From the NCBI GenBank assembly GCA_964357395.1, contig CAYHLC010000004.1:920-64919 (forward strand): a stretch of DNA of 64,000 nucleotides, in the 5' to 3' direction. Shown here piece by piece: positions 54,678-64,000 of the stretch. Both the position numbers and the translations under genes were made by a program. The notes beneath the pieces were generated by a model, which saw nothing but the letters and a program-made list of their open reading frames with translations, did not search any database and was not told where the DNA came from. How positions within the stretch are numbered: position 1 is the first letter of the stretch; every line of letters begins with the position of its first letter. Source of the stretch: an uncultured Candidatus Saccharibacteria bacterium. Lineage in GTDB: Bacteria; Patescibacteriota; Minisyncoccia; Phycocordibacterales; Phycocordibacteraceae.

Positions 54678-55513
54678 AGCTCGTCGACCAGGATAGGCCC
54701 GAACTCGACGTCCATAAAGTCCGTACGCAGCCCAATGCGTGCGGATTTTGTTATCGCCGGAGTGTCCTCGCCAACATCGGTGGTTGCAAGTACGGTGCGC
54801 CATTCCTCACTCGTCGCTTCGCGGAGTGCGAGCGAGATACGCACGGTGCCGTTTGTGTCAGTGGTCGTTTCGCTCCTGAGGTAAATCCATTCCTCGTGAG
54901 GCAAGAGTGACGGCGCCGACTCTCTGTGGTAGGCGCCGCTATAGAGCACTGCCTCTGCAAGTGTGTAGTACACCCCGGCAAATTTCTTTTTGATAACTGC
55001 GTGTCCGTCAACGCGAATGCCAGTGTAGTACAGGTTGTCGCTGTCTACGTAGCGACTCATAACAAAGAGGCCGTTCGACTCTCTCCGGTTCGGACTGTGG
55101 CTGAGATTATCTCTACGTATACGGAAGGCGGCTTCCACGCGGGGATTGTCCCACTCCAGGCGCGAGACCAGCCGAAACACGTTTTGTGGGTGTGCGCCAT
55201 CATCCGTATCGACAGGGTTGGTGGTGGCGTATGCGCGCCGCCATGGGTCGTCGCTGGGGAGGTCGCCAGTTATAGTCGAACCGATACCAGATTGGATGAG
55301 CAGCTTGCCGCCTGAGTCGAGCCACCAGTAGGGGCTAACGAGATTCGCTTCGTTAGATTCCTCGAACACTTCGTCTTTGTTAAAGCTGTACTCAAAATCC
55401 GGCACTTCCACAATGGCGGGAGGCGTTTTCGACTGGCCCTCAATGCTATAGAGTGTTGCGGCAGCGAGACACCCGCAGATAAGGAGCAGTATCCATCGTG
55501 TCCGCATAGTCAT
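54674..55513 (-). CDS. Secreted concanavalin/LamG-like protein (paralog of 53883-54677)
   Basis: Shares SPYWWL.SG, NP.DT..G..PQN.FRLVS, G.RTD. Confidence 0.75.
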   Translation of the reverse strand: MTMRTRWILLLICGCLAAATLYSIEGQSKTPPAIVEVPDFEYSFNKDEVFEESNEANLVSPYWWLDSGGKLLIQSGIGSTITGDLPSDDPWRRAYATTNPVDTDDGAHPQNVFRLVSRLEWDNPRVEAAFRIRRDNLSHSPNRRESNGLFVMSRYVDSDNLYYTGIRVDGHAVIKKKFAGVYYTLAEAVLYSGAYHRESAPSLLPHEEWIYLRSETTTDTNGTVRISLALREATSEEWRTVLATTDVGEDTPAITKSARIGLRTDFMDVEFGPILVDEL

Positions 55514-57078
55514 CACAATGCATCAACGGTGAGTGTTCGGATGTGAAGATCGGCAAGGTTTGGTGTCGAATTCCATGTTTTGAAGCCCACTCCGCCGCGA
55601 CCAAGCGACTCGTCCATAAAGTCGGTGGTAACCGCACTGCCGTTCATCGAGCACGTAATGCTCCGACCTTCGACTCGTGCCGTAACCATAAAGGGGTCTT
55701 GCGGTATGGTAATACTCGGGTTGCGGGTGCCGATGATAGTGCGTTTGACCCCGTGCACCGTCTCTTCGGCGTGTATAAACCCGTTGCCAAAGTTACAGGC
55801 GACATTGTTTTGTGCATCTTGGTATCGCACCCACACATATACGCCACTCCGATGTGGTGACCACACTGCAGCGTTGACCTCGTAGTCCCTCCAGTGGCCA
55901 GTACCGTCGAGCACCGCAGCGTTGCCGGTCTCATCAAGTTCTGCCAAAAGTCTGATCTCTCCACCTTCGAGACGAAGGGTGCCCCAGATAGAGAACCAGC
56001 CATGATTGCTCTCGAGCGTGTCGGAATAAGGGAGCGATTTTGGCCGACCGTGCTCCAGTCTTATCAGCAGTTCTGCTGGGGTGTCGGAGGCGTGCGGTTC
56101 GATGCGTTTGCCGAGGATCATACGCTCGGCAGGGGCACCCTCAAAGGCCGGGTAGTTGAAGGTGAGGCCCTCGCCGGGCCAGGTTTGGTAGAAGGACGTG
56201 GAGTAGTGTGCAGCGGCTATGTCTGCGATAACGCCAATGGCGTCCGGGTAATTTTCTGACAGTTGACCAAACTCGCCAAAGGGAAAAGCAAATCCAGTAA
56301 TGGGCACCTTAAAAGCATTTGATAGTTCAAGCTTGGCACGAGAGAGGTCACGTTCGATGCGCGTTTCATACTCTTCCTCAGTCTCGATACGCCCTTCGTG
56401 TAGAAGGTAGAGGCGGTTTGGGATTACAGGCCCCTCAGTACCTTTGGCGTCTGTTGCTGCGAGGTGGTGGCTGTCGTACGTGTGTGAGCCTATCTCCCAG
56501 CGGCCTGTCTCGAGCATTGAACGGATTTCGCCGTGAGAGAGGTAGTAGTGCGAGCCTTCCTTGTCCGAGTATTTTGCGATTATGAATGACACCGCGTTCA
56601 TGTCGAGTGCCGCGAGTATGGGGTCGGTGGGATAGTAGCTCTCCTTCGCGCCGTCATCAAAGGTAATTAAAAATGATTTATCAGGCAATGAAGTTTTGCC
56701 GCGCATGTACGCCTCAAACTCGGCAAGTGTGATGGTGCGCCACCCCGCGGCATCGAGCGCCTGAAGTTGCGCAGCAAACAGAGATGGGGATACAGACTCG
56801 CTGCCCGCGCGGTTGGTTATGGTGTGATAAAGGAGGACGGGAACCCCAGAAGCGGTTGTCGTCGCCGCATCCTCACCGAAGAGATGATTGCCTATAAATG
56901 CCACTCGGTACCGTGCCTCATTAATGGCACGGAGCCCGTCCCATGCAAAAGCGACGTGGAGTCGCTCGCTGCCGTAGTGCACCTCTTTGTACGCGATTGT
57001 TGCGGTGCTGAGTATAACGAGGAGTGCGATAAACACTGCAACCGCTGCGACTTTGAATGGAGTAAACGCAAAGTACAT
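55513..57078 (-). CDS. PgaB/IcaB-like polysaccharide deacetylase with C-terminal lectin-like domain
   Basis: PVLLYH, ITFDDG, EIGSHTYDSH, FAFPFG; GAGGAG SD before ATG. Confidence 0.9.
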   Translation of the reverse strand: MYFAFTPFKVAAVAVFIALLVILSTATIAYKEVHYGSERLHVAFAWDGLRAINEARYRVAFIGNHLFGEDAATTTASGVPVLLYHTITNRAGSESVSPSLFAAQLQALDAAGWRTITLAEFEAYMRGKTSLPDKSFLITFDDGAKESYYPTDPILAALDMNAVSFIIAKYSDKEGSHYYLSHGEIRSMLETGRWEIGSHTYDSHHLAATDAKGTEGPVIPNRLYLLHEGRIETEEEYETRIERDLSRAKLELSNAFKVPITGFAFPFGEFGQLSENYPDAIGVIADIAAAHYSTSFYQTWPGEGLTFNYPAFEGAPAERMILGKRIEPHASDTPAELLIRLEHGRPKSLPYSDTLESNHGWFSIWGTLRLEGGEIRLLAELDETGNAAVLDGTGHWRDYEVNAAVWSPHRSGVYVWVRYQDAQNNVACNFGNGFIHAEETVHGVKRTIIGTRNPSITIPQDPFMVTARVEGRSITCSMNGSAVTTDFMDESLGRGGVGFKTWNSTPNLADLHIRTLTVDAL

Positions 57079-57083
57079 ACTCC

Positions 57084-58379
57084 TCAGCGGGTACCCCAGC
57101 GGGAGTCGCGGATAGTAATAATTGCCCACGGCAGCTGCCACATCAAGATAACTGAGTAAAACCATGAGGCCGCAATAGCGAGGAGCCACGGTCGCGGGCC
57201 TACACGGATGCGGTAGTAAATCCCCTGCAAAAAGAGCATTAGAAAGAGTCCAATAAGATACACCCACGGAAGTACACTCTCGGTAGTTGGTAGCCACACC
57301 ACTGCACGGAAAAAGACGATAGGAGAGGCGAACGCAAGTATGGTGTAGGTATAAAAGGAGATGGACGCGAGCGGATTCCTGCGCCACACAAAGGTGGCGG
57401 CTATCCAGGTCTCGCGACTCCATGACTTTTTCCAACGCTGCTGTTGCTTGAGATAGGTCCCAAAGTTGTCAGGCACCACCGTGGTTGCAACTGCCTCTGA
57501 CGAGTAGACTGTGCGGTACTTCCGAATCATAAAGTTGGTCAGTGAACGGTCGTCCCCAAAGGTACACTCGCCACCCAAAAACTTTTGGTGCAGCCACTCA
57601 TCTACAAACTCCATAAGATAGCTACGGCGATACGCACTCTGGCAGCCGGGGAGGCAGGTTACCAGCCCGAAAGCAGACTCTGCTGCCTTGTAGACACTAA
57701 AAGCAATGTAATAGCGCGCTGCTTGCATTTGCGTAAGGAGGTTCGTATGTCGATTTTCAACATCGGTGTGCCCCGAGACACCTCCTACCTGTGGATCAGT
57801 AAAGTACTTTACGAGATGGCGAACTGCGTCTCGCTGTATAAAGGAGTCCGAATCAACAAAGATTACAATGTCGTGTACTGCCATCTTGGTACCCTCTGCC
57901 ATCCCAGCGCGCTTCCCGCGATTGATCTTCCAGTCAATAACGCGCACTGATTCGACACGCGGTGCAAGCTCTTCTGCAGCTCGCTGCATTGCAGAGAGGG
58001 TGTTGTCAGTCGATCCATCATTAATCGCTATGACTTCTATCTTTTCCTTTGGATAATCTACCGCTCCAAACCTGCGTAGTGTTTCGGCAATATTGTCCCC
58101 CTCATTCTTTGCGGGGACCACAAATGAGACGGTGGGCTCATAGGTGCGATCAACTCGAATTCGCTTGTGGAAGTACGCAAGTAGGAATCGCGAAAGTATG
58201 TAGGCGGTTATGAGCATTGAGTAGACGCCAAAGATCACGTCCTCGTACACGGTCTCGTAGGTCACTACCTTGAGTAGGATAATAAGATACAGCGTCCCAA
58301 AAAAGCCGAAGATGAGCCAACCCTTTGTTAGGTTTGCCTGCGCTAGCTGCCAGGTACGTGTAAGTGGCGCAATCGTCAT
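57084..58379 (-). CDS. Processive GT2 glycosyltransferase (HasA/NodC-like)
   Basis: INDGS, FVDSD, CLPG..SAYRR, GDDRSLTN, QQ.RW.KSW.RE. Confidence 0.92.
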   Translation of the reverse strand: MTIAPLTRTWQLAQANLTKGWLIFGFFGTLYLIILLKVVTYETVYEDVIFGVYSMLITAYILSRFLLAYFHKRIRVDRTYEPTVSFVVPAKNEGDNIAETLRRFGAVDYPKEKIEVIAINDGSTDNTLSAMQRAAEELAPRVESVRVIDWKINRGKRAGMAEGTKMAVHDIVIFVDSDSFIQRDAVRHLVKYFTDPQVGGVSGHTDVENRHTNLLTQMQAARYYIAFSVYKAAESAFGLVTCLPGCQSAYRRSYLMEFVDEWLHQKFLGGECTFGDDRSLTNFMIRKYRTVYSSEAVATTVVPDNFGTYLKQQQRWKKSWSRETWIAATFVWRRNPLASISFYTYTILAFASPIVFFRAVVWLPTTESVLPWVYLIGLFLMLFLQGIYYRIRVGPRPWLLAIAASWFYSVILMWQLPWAIITIRDSRWGTR

Positions 58380-58394
58380 GATACAGGGAGTAAT

Positions 58395-59720
58395 CTAACG
58401 GCCAATACCACGGTAGGTAATGCCGGCACGTACGAAGTCCTCTTTGGCGAGACAGTTGCGGCCATCGACCACGACCGCGATATTGTACTCACGAAAGTCC
58501 CATGGTGTCAGCGCGGAAAACTCACCATGATCAGTCGCAATCAGCGCTGCATGCGCCCCCTTCAGCGAGTCGGCAAGGGTGCGGACGCTGCCGCTCTCGA
58601 TTGCGCACGGATCATACGAGCGTACCCTCGCGCCGCGCCGCAGCAACTCGTCCCTAATGACGAGCGCTGGACTCTCGCGCGTATCTCCCACGTCTCGCTT
58701 GTAGGAGAGTCCGAGAAGTGCCACCTTCGCCCCTGCGATTGGTATACCGTTTTCTGCGAGTGCTTCGGCGAGGCGATCAACAGTATGGATAGGCATACTG
58801 TTGTTGATAGTGCGTGCGGTCTCGAGGAAACGGTGCGCAAATCCATTTGCTCTGCCGTAGTGAATGAGGTAGTACGGATCGACCGGGATGCAATGACCCC
58901 CAACACCGCAGCCAGGGTAATGCGCCATAAACCCAAACGGCTTCGTGGATGCGCCGCGGATCACGTTGGTGATATCGATGCCAGCTCGCTCGAACGACAT
59001 CGCAAGTTCGTTGACGAAAGCGATATTGATATCACGAAATGAGTTCTCAACCATCTTGACCGCCTCCGCCTCTTTAATCGATCCCATTTCTACGACCTCA
59101 CTCCTAACCACATTTCGGTAGAACTTGGTGGCGCGTGCCAAACTCTCTGCATCAAGTGCGCCAACTACACGCGGGATGGTTGCAATAGTATAGGTAGTGT
59201 CTCCCGGGTTAACCCGCTCCGGACAGTGTGCAAATCCAAAATCCGCTCCGCCCTGGAGGCCCGAAGTCGCCTCGAGGATGGAGAGCGCGACCGTCTCGCA
59301 TGCGCCCGGGTTTACGGTCGACTCAATAATAACAAGTGTGCCCTCCGCGAGTTCGGCGCCGACAATGGCGCATGCTCCCTCAAGTGGTGTCAGGTCAGGT
59401 GTGTGATCCTCATTGACTGGAGTCGGAACTGCAATGATGACAATATCAGCTCCACGAATAATGTGTGCATCATCCGATATCTGCATCGAGCTCCGCCTAA
59501 AGGAGTGCTGCTCATCTGGGGAGAGATAGAGTGCCTCACGTTTTTGCAGGGCGTGCACCTTTGCGGTATCGATATCAAAACCTCGGACCGTGTAGCCCAC
59601 GTCCTCTGCCGCGAGGGCGAGTGGTAGACCAACGTAACCGAGTCCAACAATAGCAACAGAACTTTCCGCGGTCGAAACTCGTGGCTCGCTCTGCGAACGT
59701 GCTCCGTGTGCGTGATTCAT
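58395..59720 (-). CDS. Nucleotide-sugar dehydrogenase (WecC/WbpA type)
   Basis: GLGYVGLP, ESTV.PG, PERVNPG, GVGGHCIPVDP. Confidence 0.93.
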   Translation of the reverse strand: MNHAHGARSQSEPRVSTAESSVAIVGLGYVGLPLALAAEDVGYTVRGFDIDTAKVHALQKREALYLSPDEQHSFRRSSMQISDDAHIIRGADIVIIAVPTPVNEDHTPDLTPLEGACAIVGAELAEGTLVIIESTVNPGACETVALSILEATSGLQGGADFGFAHCPERVNPGDTTYTIATIPRVVGALDAESLARATKFYRNVVRSEVVEMGSIKEAEAVKMVENSFRDINIAFVNELAMSFERAGIDITNVIRGASTKPFGFMAHYPGCGVGGHCIPVDPYYLIHYGRANGFAHRFLETARTINNSMPIHTVDRLAEALAENGIPIAGAKVALLGLSYKRDVGDTRESPALVIRDELLRRGARVRSYDPCAIESGSVRTLADSLKGAHAALIATDHGEFSALTPWDFREYNIAVVVDGRNCLAKEDFVRAGITYRGIGR

Positions 59721-59856
59721 GAGCCCAGCGTAGCGGGAGCGTGCTGAAGTACTAATGAACAGTTCGCCTCATGAGCTACTCATGCAGAGCGCGAGCGAGC
59801 GGTTCATTGATGCCTCACCCGCTGTTCTCTATAGTTCTCTCATTAGCAGTTTACTA

Positions 59857-60894
59857 ATGATCAAAATGTTCAATCATAAAAAAGTTCTTGCGGTTGCAGC
59901 GGGCCTCGGATTGGTGCTTTTCGGTGCACCAACATACGGACTCGCAGCATCAATTACAGTTACTAACTCAAACACCGCAACGATAACAAACTCTGTTTCT
60001 GTTACGGCCTCTTCCGGCGATAACACCTCTCGTGGTGGCCGCGGAGACTCGGGCGGCGACGGCGGTTCCGTTTCAGGCGATGCTTGGGATACTCGTAGCG
60101 GCGGCGCAGGAGGTGACGGCGGCAACGGCGGCAACGGCGGCAGTATCTCAACTGGAGATGCAATTGCAACGCTCGAGGTTGTGAGCGATGTTAACTCGAC
60201 AGAGGTCGACGTAGAGGACAATGCTGCAACGCATGACCGCTATGACGAAACCCTTTCGATCCATAGCGATGAGGGATCGACACATTCAGATTCGTCGAGC
60301 AGCGGATGGGATGCTTCCTACGATGAGTCACATACAAACGTAGGATCATGTGCGGAGAGCTCGGATGAGTCAGAAAGCGATTCATCAGCATCTGAGTCAG
60401 AGAGCTCGGAATCTGATTCGGATGATGCGTCAGATGCGTGGGAGTCGGAGAGCTCGAATGAGTCTTCGGATTCGAACAGCTCGTATGACTCGAATTGCGA
60501 GTGGGATCTTGCTGACGATGTGTCAAGTTCAGAGTCATCGAGCGAGTCCGCTTCGTCGAATGACGAGGAGCACAACACCTTTGACTTGGAGTCGACAAAG
60601 ACCTACGTAGAGAACAACGATACGCTCGATATCTCAAACAGCAACTCGGCGTCGATTTCGACCTCGGGATCTGTTGATGCTGACTCGGGTGGCAATCGCT
60701 CACGTGGTTCCCACGGCGACGAGGGTGGCGAGGGTGGCGATGTCTCTGGTGAGGGGGCAGGTGCAACCGGCGGCTCGGGTGGCAACGGTGGTAACGGTGG
60801 CACTGGCGGCGCAATCGCAACAGGTGACGCAGACTCTCTTGCGCTCATCGTAACGACCAGCGGTCGCACGGTGACCAGGATCACACGTAATTAG
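59857..60894 (+). CDS. Secreted Ser/Asp/Glu- and Gly-rich protein
   Basis: Signal peptide; two copies of N.N.A.I......A.SG.N...GGNGG...I.TGDA flanking an acidic Ser-rich linker. Confidence 0.8.
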   Translation: MIKMFNHKKVLAVAAGLGLVLFGAPTYGLAASITVTNSNTATITNSVSVTASSGDNTSRGGRGDSGGDGGSVSGDAWDTRSGGAGGDGGNGGNGGSISTGDAIATLEVVSDVNSTEVDVEDNAATHDRYDETLSIHSDEGSTHSDSSSSGWDASYDESHTNVGSCAESSDESESDSSASESESSESDSDDASDAWESESSNESSDSNSSYDSNCEWDLADDVSSSESSSESASSNDEEHNTFDLESTKTYVENNDTLDISNSNSASISTSGSVDADSGGNRSRGSHGDEGGEGGDVSGEGAGATGGSGGNGGNGGTGGAIATGDADSLALIVTTSGRTVTRITRN

Positions 60895-60906
60895 TGTGCA
60901 CTGAAC

Positions 60907-60928
60907 AACAGGGGACACCCCCTGTTTT
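60907..60928 (+). terminator. Hairpin, probable terminator
   Basis: AACAGGGG-ACAC-CCCCTGTTTT. Confidence 0.65.
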
Positions 60929-60975
60929 CAGGCAAGCGCTCCTCTTTTTATTAGTAGCGCTTGCTTGAGAACAGC

Positions 60976-63219
60976 ATGAAATACATACTACTGGTACTAC
61001 TACTAATGGGAACTGCAGCATATGCAGAAGAGGCAGCGCCTGCGCCGCCTACTGAGCAACCAGAAGTTGCGTCAGAGCCCGAAGCGCCGCTGGCAGAGGA
61101 GGTCGTAGCAACCGAGGAGGTCATCGAAGTAGAGGAAGCTGTCGAAGCGCAGGAAGAAGCCGAAGAAGCCCAAGTACCCGCCGCAACTTTTGTGGAGGAG
61201 CCCGAAGTACAGCAAGTAGAGATCCAGTCAGGCGATGCCGTGGCGACTGCCAACATCCTCAACATCGTCAATACAAACTCGATAAACTCGGAGGGCTCTA
61301 TTATCTTGGGGAATCTTATCGGCTCGGTAGGGGATATCGATTTGCGCACAGCGGCAACTGGTACTCCGCAGTGTGCAGTCCTCATGTGTAGTGCTGGGAT
61401 CGAGACGTACCTCATCAGTGAGGCATCAATACAGAGCATGATTCGGCTCCAGGCACTAACTGGAGGAAATACGCTCGATGGTAACGGGTCTATTGATACC
61501 GGAAACGCATTTGCAGGACTCAATTTAGTGAATATTGCTAATACCAACTTTGTTGATTCAAACTACCTCATCGTTTCTCTGAACGCGTTTCAGAATGTGA
61601 CCGGCGATATAGTCTTTCCGTCTATTGCGAGCTTCTTTGGTGGGTTACGTCCGGGGGTTAGTGGTGACATATCGGTACAAAGTGCTGCCTCAGTCGATAC
61701 TCTCATCAGTGCAGAAACCGAGTCCGGTGGAAACGAGTCGAACGGCGACATTACAACTGGTGACTCGTACTCAGAGGTCAATGTGGTCAACCAGCTCAAC
61801 TCACTCTTAATTGGTGGCGGTTCGGTCGCGCTCATATTTCGCGTGCACGGAGAGTGGGCAGGAGATATCTTTGGTGCCCCCACAGATCTCACAAACCAGG
61901 GCTCGGGTTACTACCTGTTCGCCGCGGATACTACTGGCACAGCTTCCGGTACCTCTGTTACTGCCTCCTCAAGTGCATCGATCATGAACGATGCGGAGCT
62001 GATCGCTCGTTCAGGCGAGAACGTAGCAACAGGAGATACTTCGAGCATCCAAACGGGCAGTGCCTACGCAGGGGCTAACATTGTTAACATCGCGAACGCG
62101 CACATCATTGGGAGGAACTGGATACTCGCCATTATCAATATCTTTGGTGACTTTACAGGTAATATCTCATTCGGCCGTCCCGATTTGTGGGTGGGAGGAC
62201 AGGTAACTGTATCGGGAGTTGCGGAGCCAGGAAGTCCCGCCTCGTACAAGTTGACGCTCATAAATAGGGGAGATGCTCCCGCTTCAAACGTAGTGCTGCA
62301 TGCGCGATATGACTCCAACATGCAGCAGATCGATTCCTCATCGTTACCGTATACGATGAGTCAGGAAGGGCTGGCTTGGGAATTGGGGACTATACCTCCA
62401 GGGGGAGCAGTCGAGGTTACTTACCAAACGCACTTGGGGACAGTCGTGGGCAGTATGGATGTGGTAACAGTAGCCGAAGCCGTCCTTCGTGAGACTGACA
62501 ACAACTACTCTGACAACCGAGAGACGATCAGCTTTCGAACAGCGCAGGTGAGCCATCCTGTCGGATGGATCATCCCGAGTGCGACTGTACCCGCGCCAGC
62601 GATCTTGGGTGCGTCGCAAAGCCGAATCAACAAGGACACTACAAAGCTTTTTACAGTCGAGGTTATCCGTCTCACACCCGACGCGGTGGTGCATGAAGGG
62701 AACACTATTGCACCGCAGGCGGTAGTGCTGCGCAATATAACAGGGAGACTCCTCTTTGATGTCGTTGTACATGACTTGCTGTATGCACCAAATGGTGCGC
62801 TTGTTCGAGACGAAGTGTGGGATCTCGGTGATGTAGAAGAGGGTGAGCAGATCACTATTGAGTACGATATCCATTTCGAGGATGGCGCGCCGGAGGGGAT
62901 CTATGTGCTCAGCACCGAAGTCGGCGGTGAGGGTGGGTCATTGATCGGGTTCCCTCGAAACGGGAGTATCGCAGCCGCGTTTCCAATACCGGTCTCCGAG
63001 GAAACAGAGACCACTCTTGCCCCCATTGTTGCAGCTAAGATAACACGCGAGATTGTTCCTGCAGCACGAGTGCGTGCAATCCAGATTGCGGAGGCGAGTG
63101 GGGGAGCCCTACCTGCGACCCGTTCGGTAGATCCAACCATGTCGCTCGTAATCGAGCTCACTACGCTACTGCTTGTAGCCCGCGGCTACTATTGGTGGAT
63201 GGCAATACCGCGTCGATAA
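60976..63219 (+). CDS. Large secreted protein with I.TG.A.A..N..N repeats and DUF11-like Ig domains
   Basis: Signal peptide, acidic linker, four TG(D/N/S)A-type repeats, C-terminal hydrophobic anchor. Confidence 0.82.
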   Translation: MKYILLVLLLMGTAAYAEEAAPAPPTEQPEVASEPEAPLAEEVVATEEVIEVEEAVEAQEEAEEAQVPAATFVEEPEVQQVEIQSGDAVATANILNIVNTNSINSEGSIILGNLIGSVGDIDLRTAATGTPQCAVLMCSAGIETYLISEASIQSMIRLQALTGGNTLDGNGSIDTGNAFAGLNLVNIANTNFVDSNYLIVSLNAFQNVTGDIVFPSIASFFGGLRPGVSGDISVQSAASVDTLISAETESGGNESNGDITTGDSYSEVNVVNQLNSLLIGGGSVALIFRVHGEWAGDIFGAPTDLTNQGSGYYLFAADTTGTASGTSVTASSSASIMNDAELIARSGENVATGDTSSIQTGSAYAGANIVNIANAHIIGRNWILAIINIFGDFTGNISFGRPDLWVGGQVTVSGVAEPGSPASYKLTLINRGDAPASNVVLHARYDSNMQQIDSSSLPYTMSQEGLAWELGTIPPGGAVEVTYQTHLGTVVGSMDVVTVAEAVLRETDNNYSDNRETISFRTAQVSHPVGWIIPSATVPAPAILGASQSRINKDTTKLFTVEVIRLTPDAVVHEGNTIAPQAVVLRNITGRLLFDVVVHDLLYAPNGALVRDEVWDLGDVEEGEQITIEYDIHFEDGAPEGIYVLSTEVGGEGGSLIGFPRNGSIAAAFPIPVSEETETTLAPIVAAKITREIVPAARVRAIQIAEASGGALPATRSVDPTMSLVIELTTLLLVARGYYWWMAIPRR

Positions 63220-63239
63220 CCGGCGTGTATACTGCGCCT

Positions 63240-63770
63240 ATGAAAAAGGTGTTCATAGGCCTCGGAATAGTGCTGCTCGCTGCTGGGGCTGCGTATTTCA
63301 TATTCGAGGTAGAGGTCTCTGGTGCACACTACGAAAGTGCAGCGTACGGTATCTCGTTTCGATATCCGGAAGGGTACCTGCTCTCCGAAGCTGAGCGAGG
63401 GAATGCGGAGCGTTTCCACTACGCTATTGTTATGGTCCGCGCCGACGAGGCCAACCCGCCTATCGGTGGCGAGGGGCCACGCGCCGTGACTATTGATGTG
63501 TATCAGAACAATCTTGACAACCTAAGCCTTGCAGACTGGCTCGATACCGGGCAGTCCAACTTCAAACTTGGAGATGGAACAAAGAGTGCGGCCACTGTCG
63601 ATGGAGTAGATGCGATTCGGTACCGATGGTCCGGACTCTACGAGGGTGAGACCACGGCATTTCTGCACCGCGGCTCGATTATCGCAATCTCGGCGACCTT
63701 TTTTGAGAACACAGACGAGCAGTACTGGGTGTATGAGGATCTGCTGAAGAGTATAGAGCTCGAACGGTAA
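63240..63770 (+). CDS. Membrane-anchored PsbP-like protein
   Basis: N-terminal TM; Y....YGISFRYP; ends L.SI. Confidence 0.7.
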   Translation: MKKVFIGLGIVLLAAGAAYFIFEVEVSGAHYESAAYGISFRYPEGYLLSEAERGNAERFHYAIVMVRADEANPPIGGEGPRAVTIDVYQNNLDNLSLADWLDTGQSNFKLGDGTKSAATVDGVDAIRYRWSGLYEGETTAFLHRGSIIAISATFFENTDEQYWVYEDLLKSIELER

Positions 63771-63800
63771 TATGCTCGCGCGTATTGCGTCTATACCTCT

Positions 63801-64000
63801 ATGAACAAAAATACGACGTACGTCGTAGGTCTCGTGGTGGTGATCGCTCTTGGGGTTGCGGCGTACCTGCTCTGGCCAGTGGCACCTGTGCCGCAAACGC
63901 TTGGCGTTGCAACCACGACGCCCCAGCTCCGTACCTATACTGCGCCGGGGAGTGAGTTTTCCATTCGATATCCAGCAGGTTTTACTGTAGAGTCAAACGA
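63801..64000 (+). CDS. Membrane-anchored protein (3'-partial), PsbP-like start
   Basis: MNKNTTYVVGLVVVIALGVAAYLLW...TY......FSIRYP, open to the window end. Confidence 0.65.
   Translation, partial: MNKNTTYVVGLVVVIALGVAAYLLWPVAPVPQTLGVATTTPQLRTYTAPGSEFSIRYPAGFTVESN

Noticed and set aside
57079-57435. N-terminal extension of the 640-aa deacetylase ORF
   Set aside because: It overlaps the GT2 gene in another frame; the SD-preceded ATG at 57078 is better

Overview
About 64 kb of a small, gene-dense bacterial genome. Gene content and style suggest Patescibacteria/CPR, probably Parcubacteria (inference). Housekeeping genes are rpoC (partial), dnaG, rpoD, uppP, hisS, prmC, kdsB, metK, a Dus enzyme, pyrE, dnaX, a PIF1-like helicase and tRNA-Gln. 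Accessory blocks are: (i) a ~14 kb island of secreted, Cys-rich repeat surface proteins with a RelBE-type toxin-antitoxin (TA) pair; (ii) several tiny membrane-protein genes, each with its own promoter and often flanking hairpins, one bounded by a duplicated gene 3' end (att-like scar); (iii) a run of short genes after the tRNA; and (iv) a polysaccharide locus (HexNAc-type dehydrogenase, HasA/NodC-like GT2, two deacetylases, two lectin-like paralogs). The most striking observations are two paralogous surface proteins carrying short segments resembling T6SS Hcp and the T3SS needle C-terminus, the dispersed micro-cassette family, pervasive leaderless promoters, an ArsR operator in front of a tRNA, a pyrL-like attenuator and a 6S-like RNA candidate. 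All family assignments come from motif recognition by eye; no searches were run.
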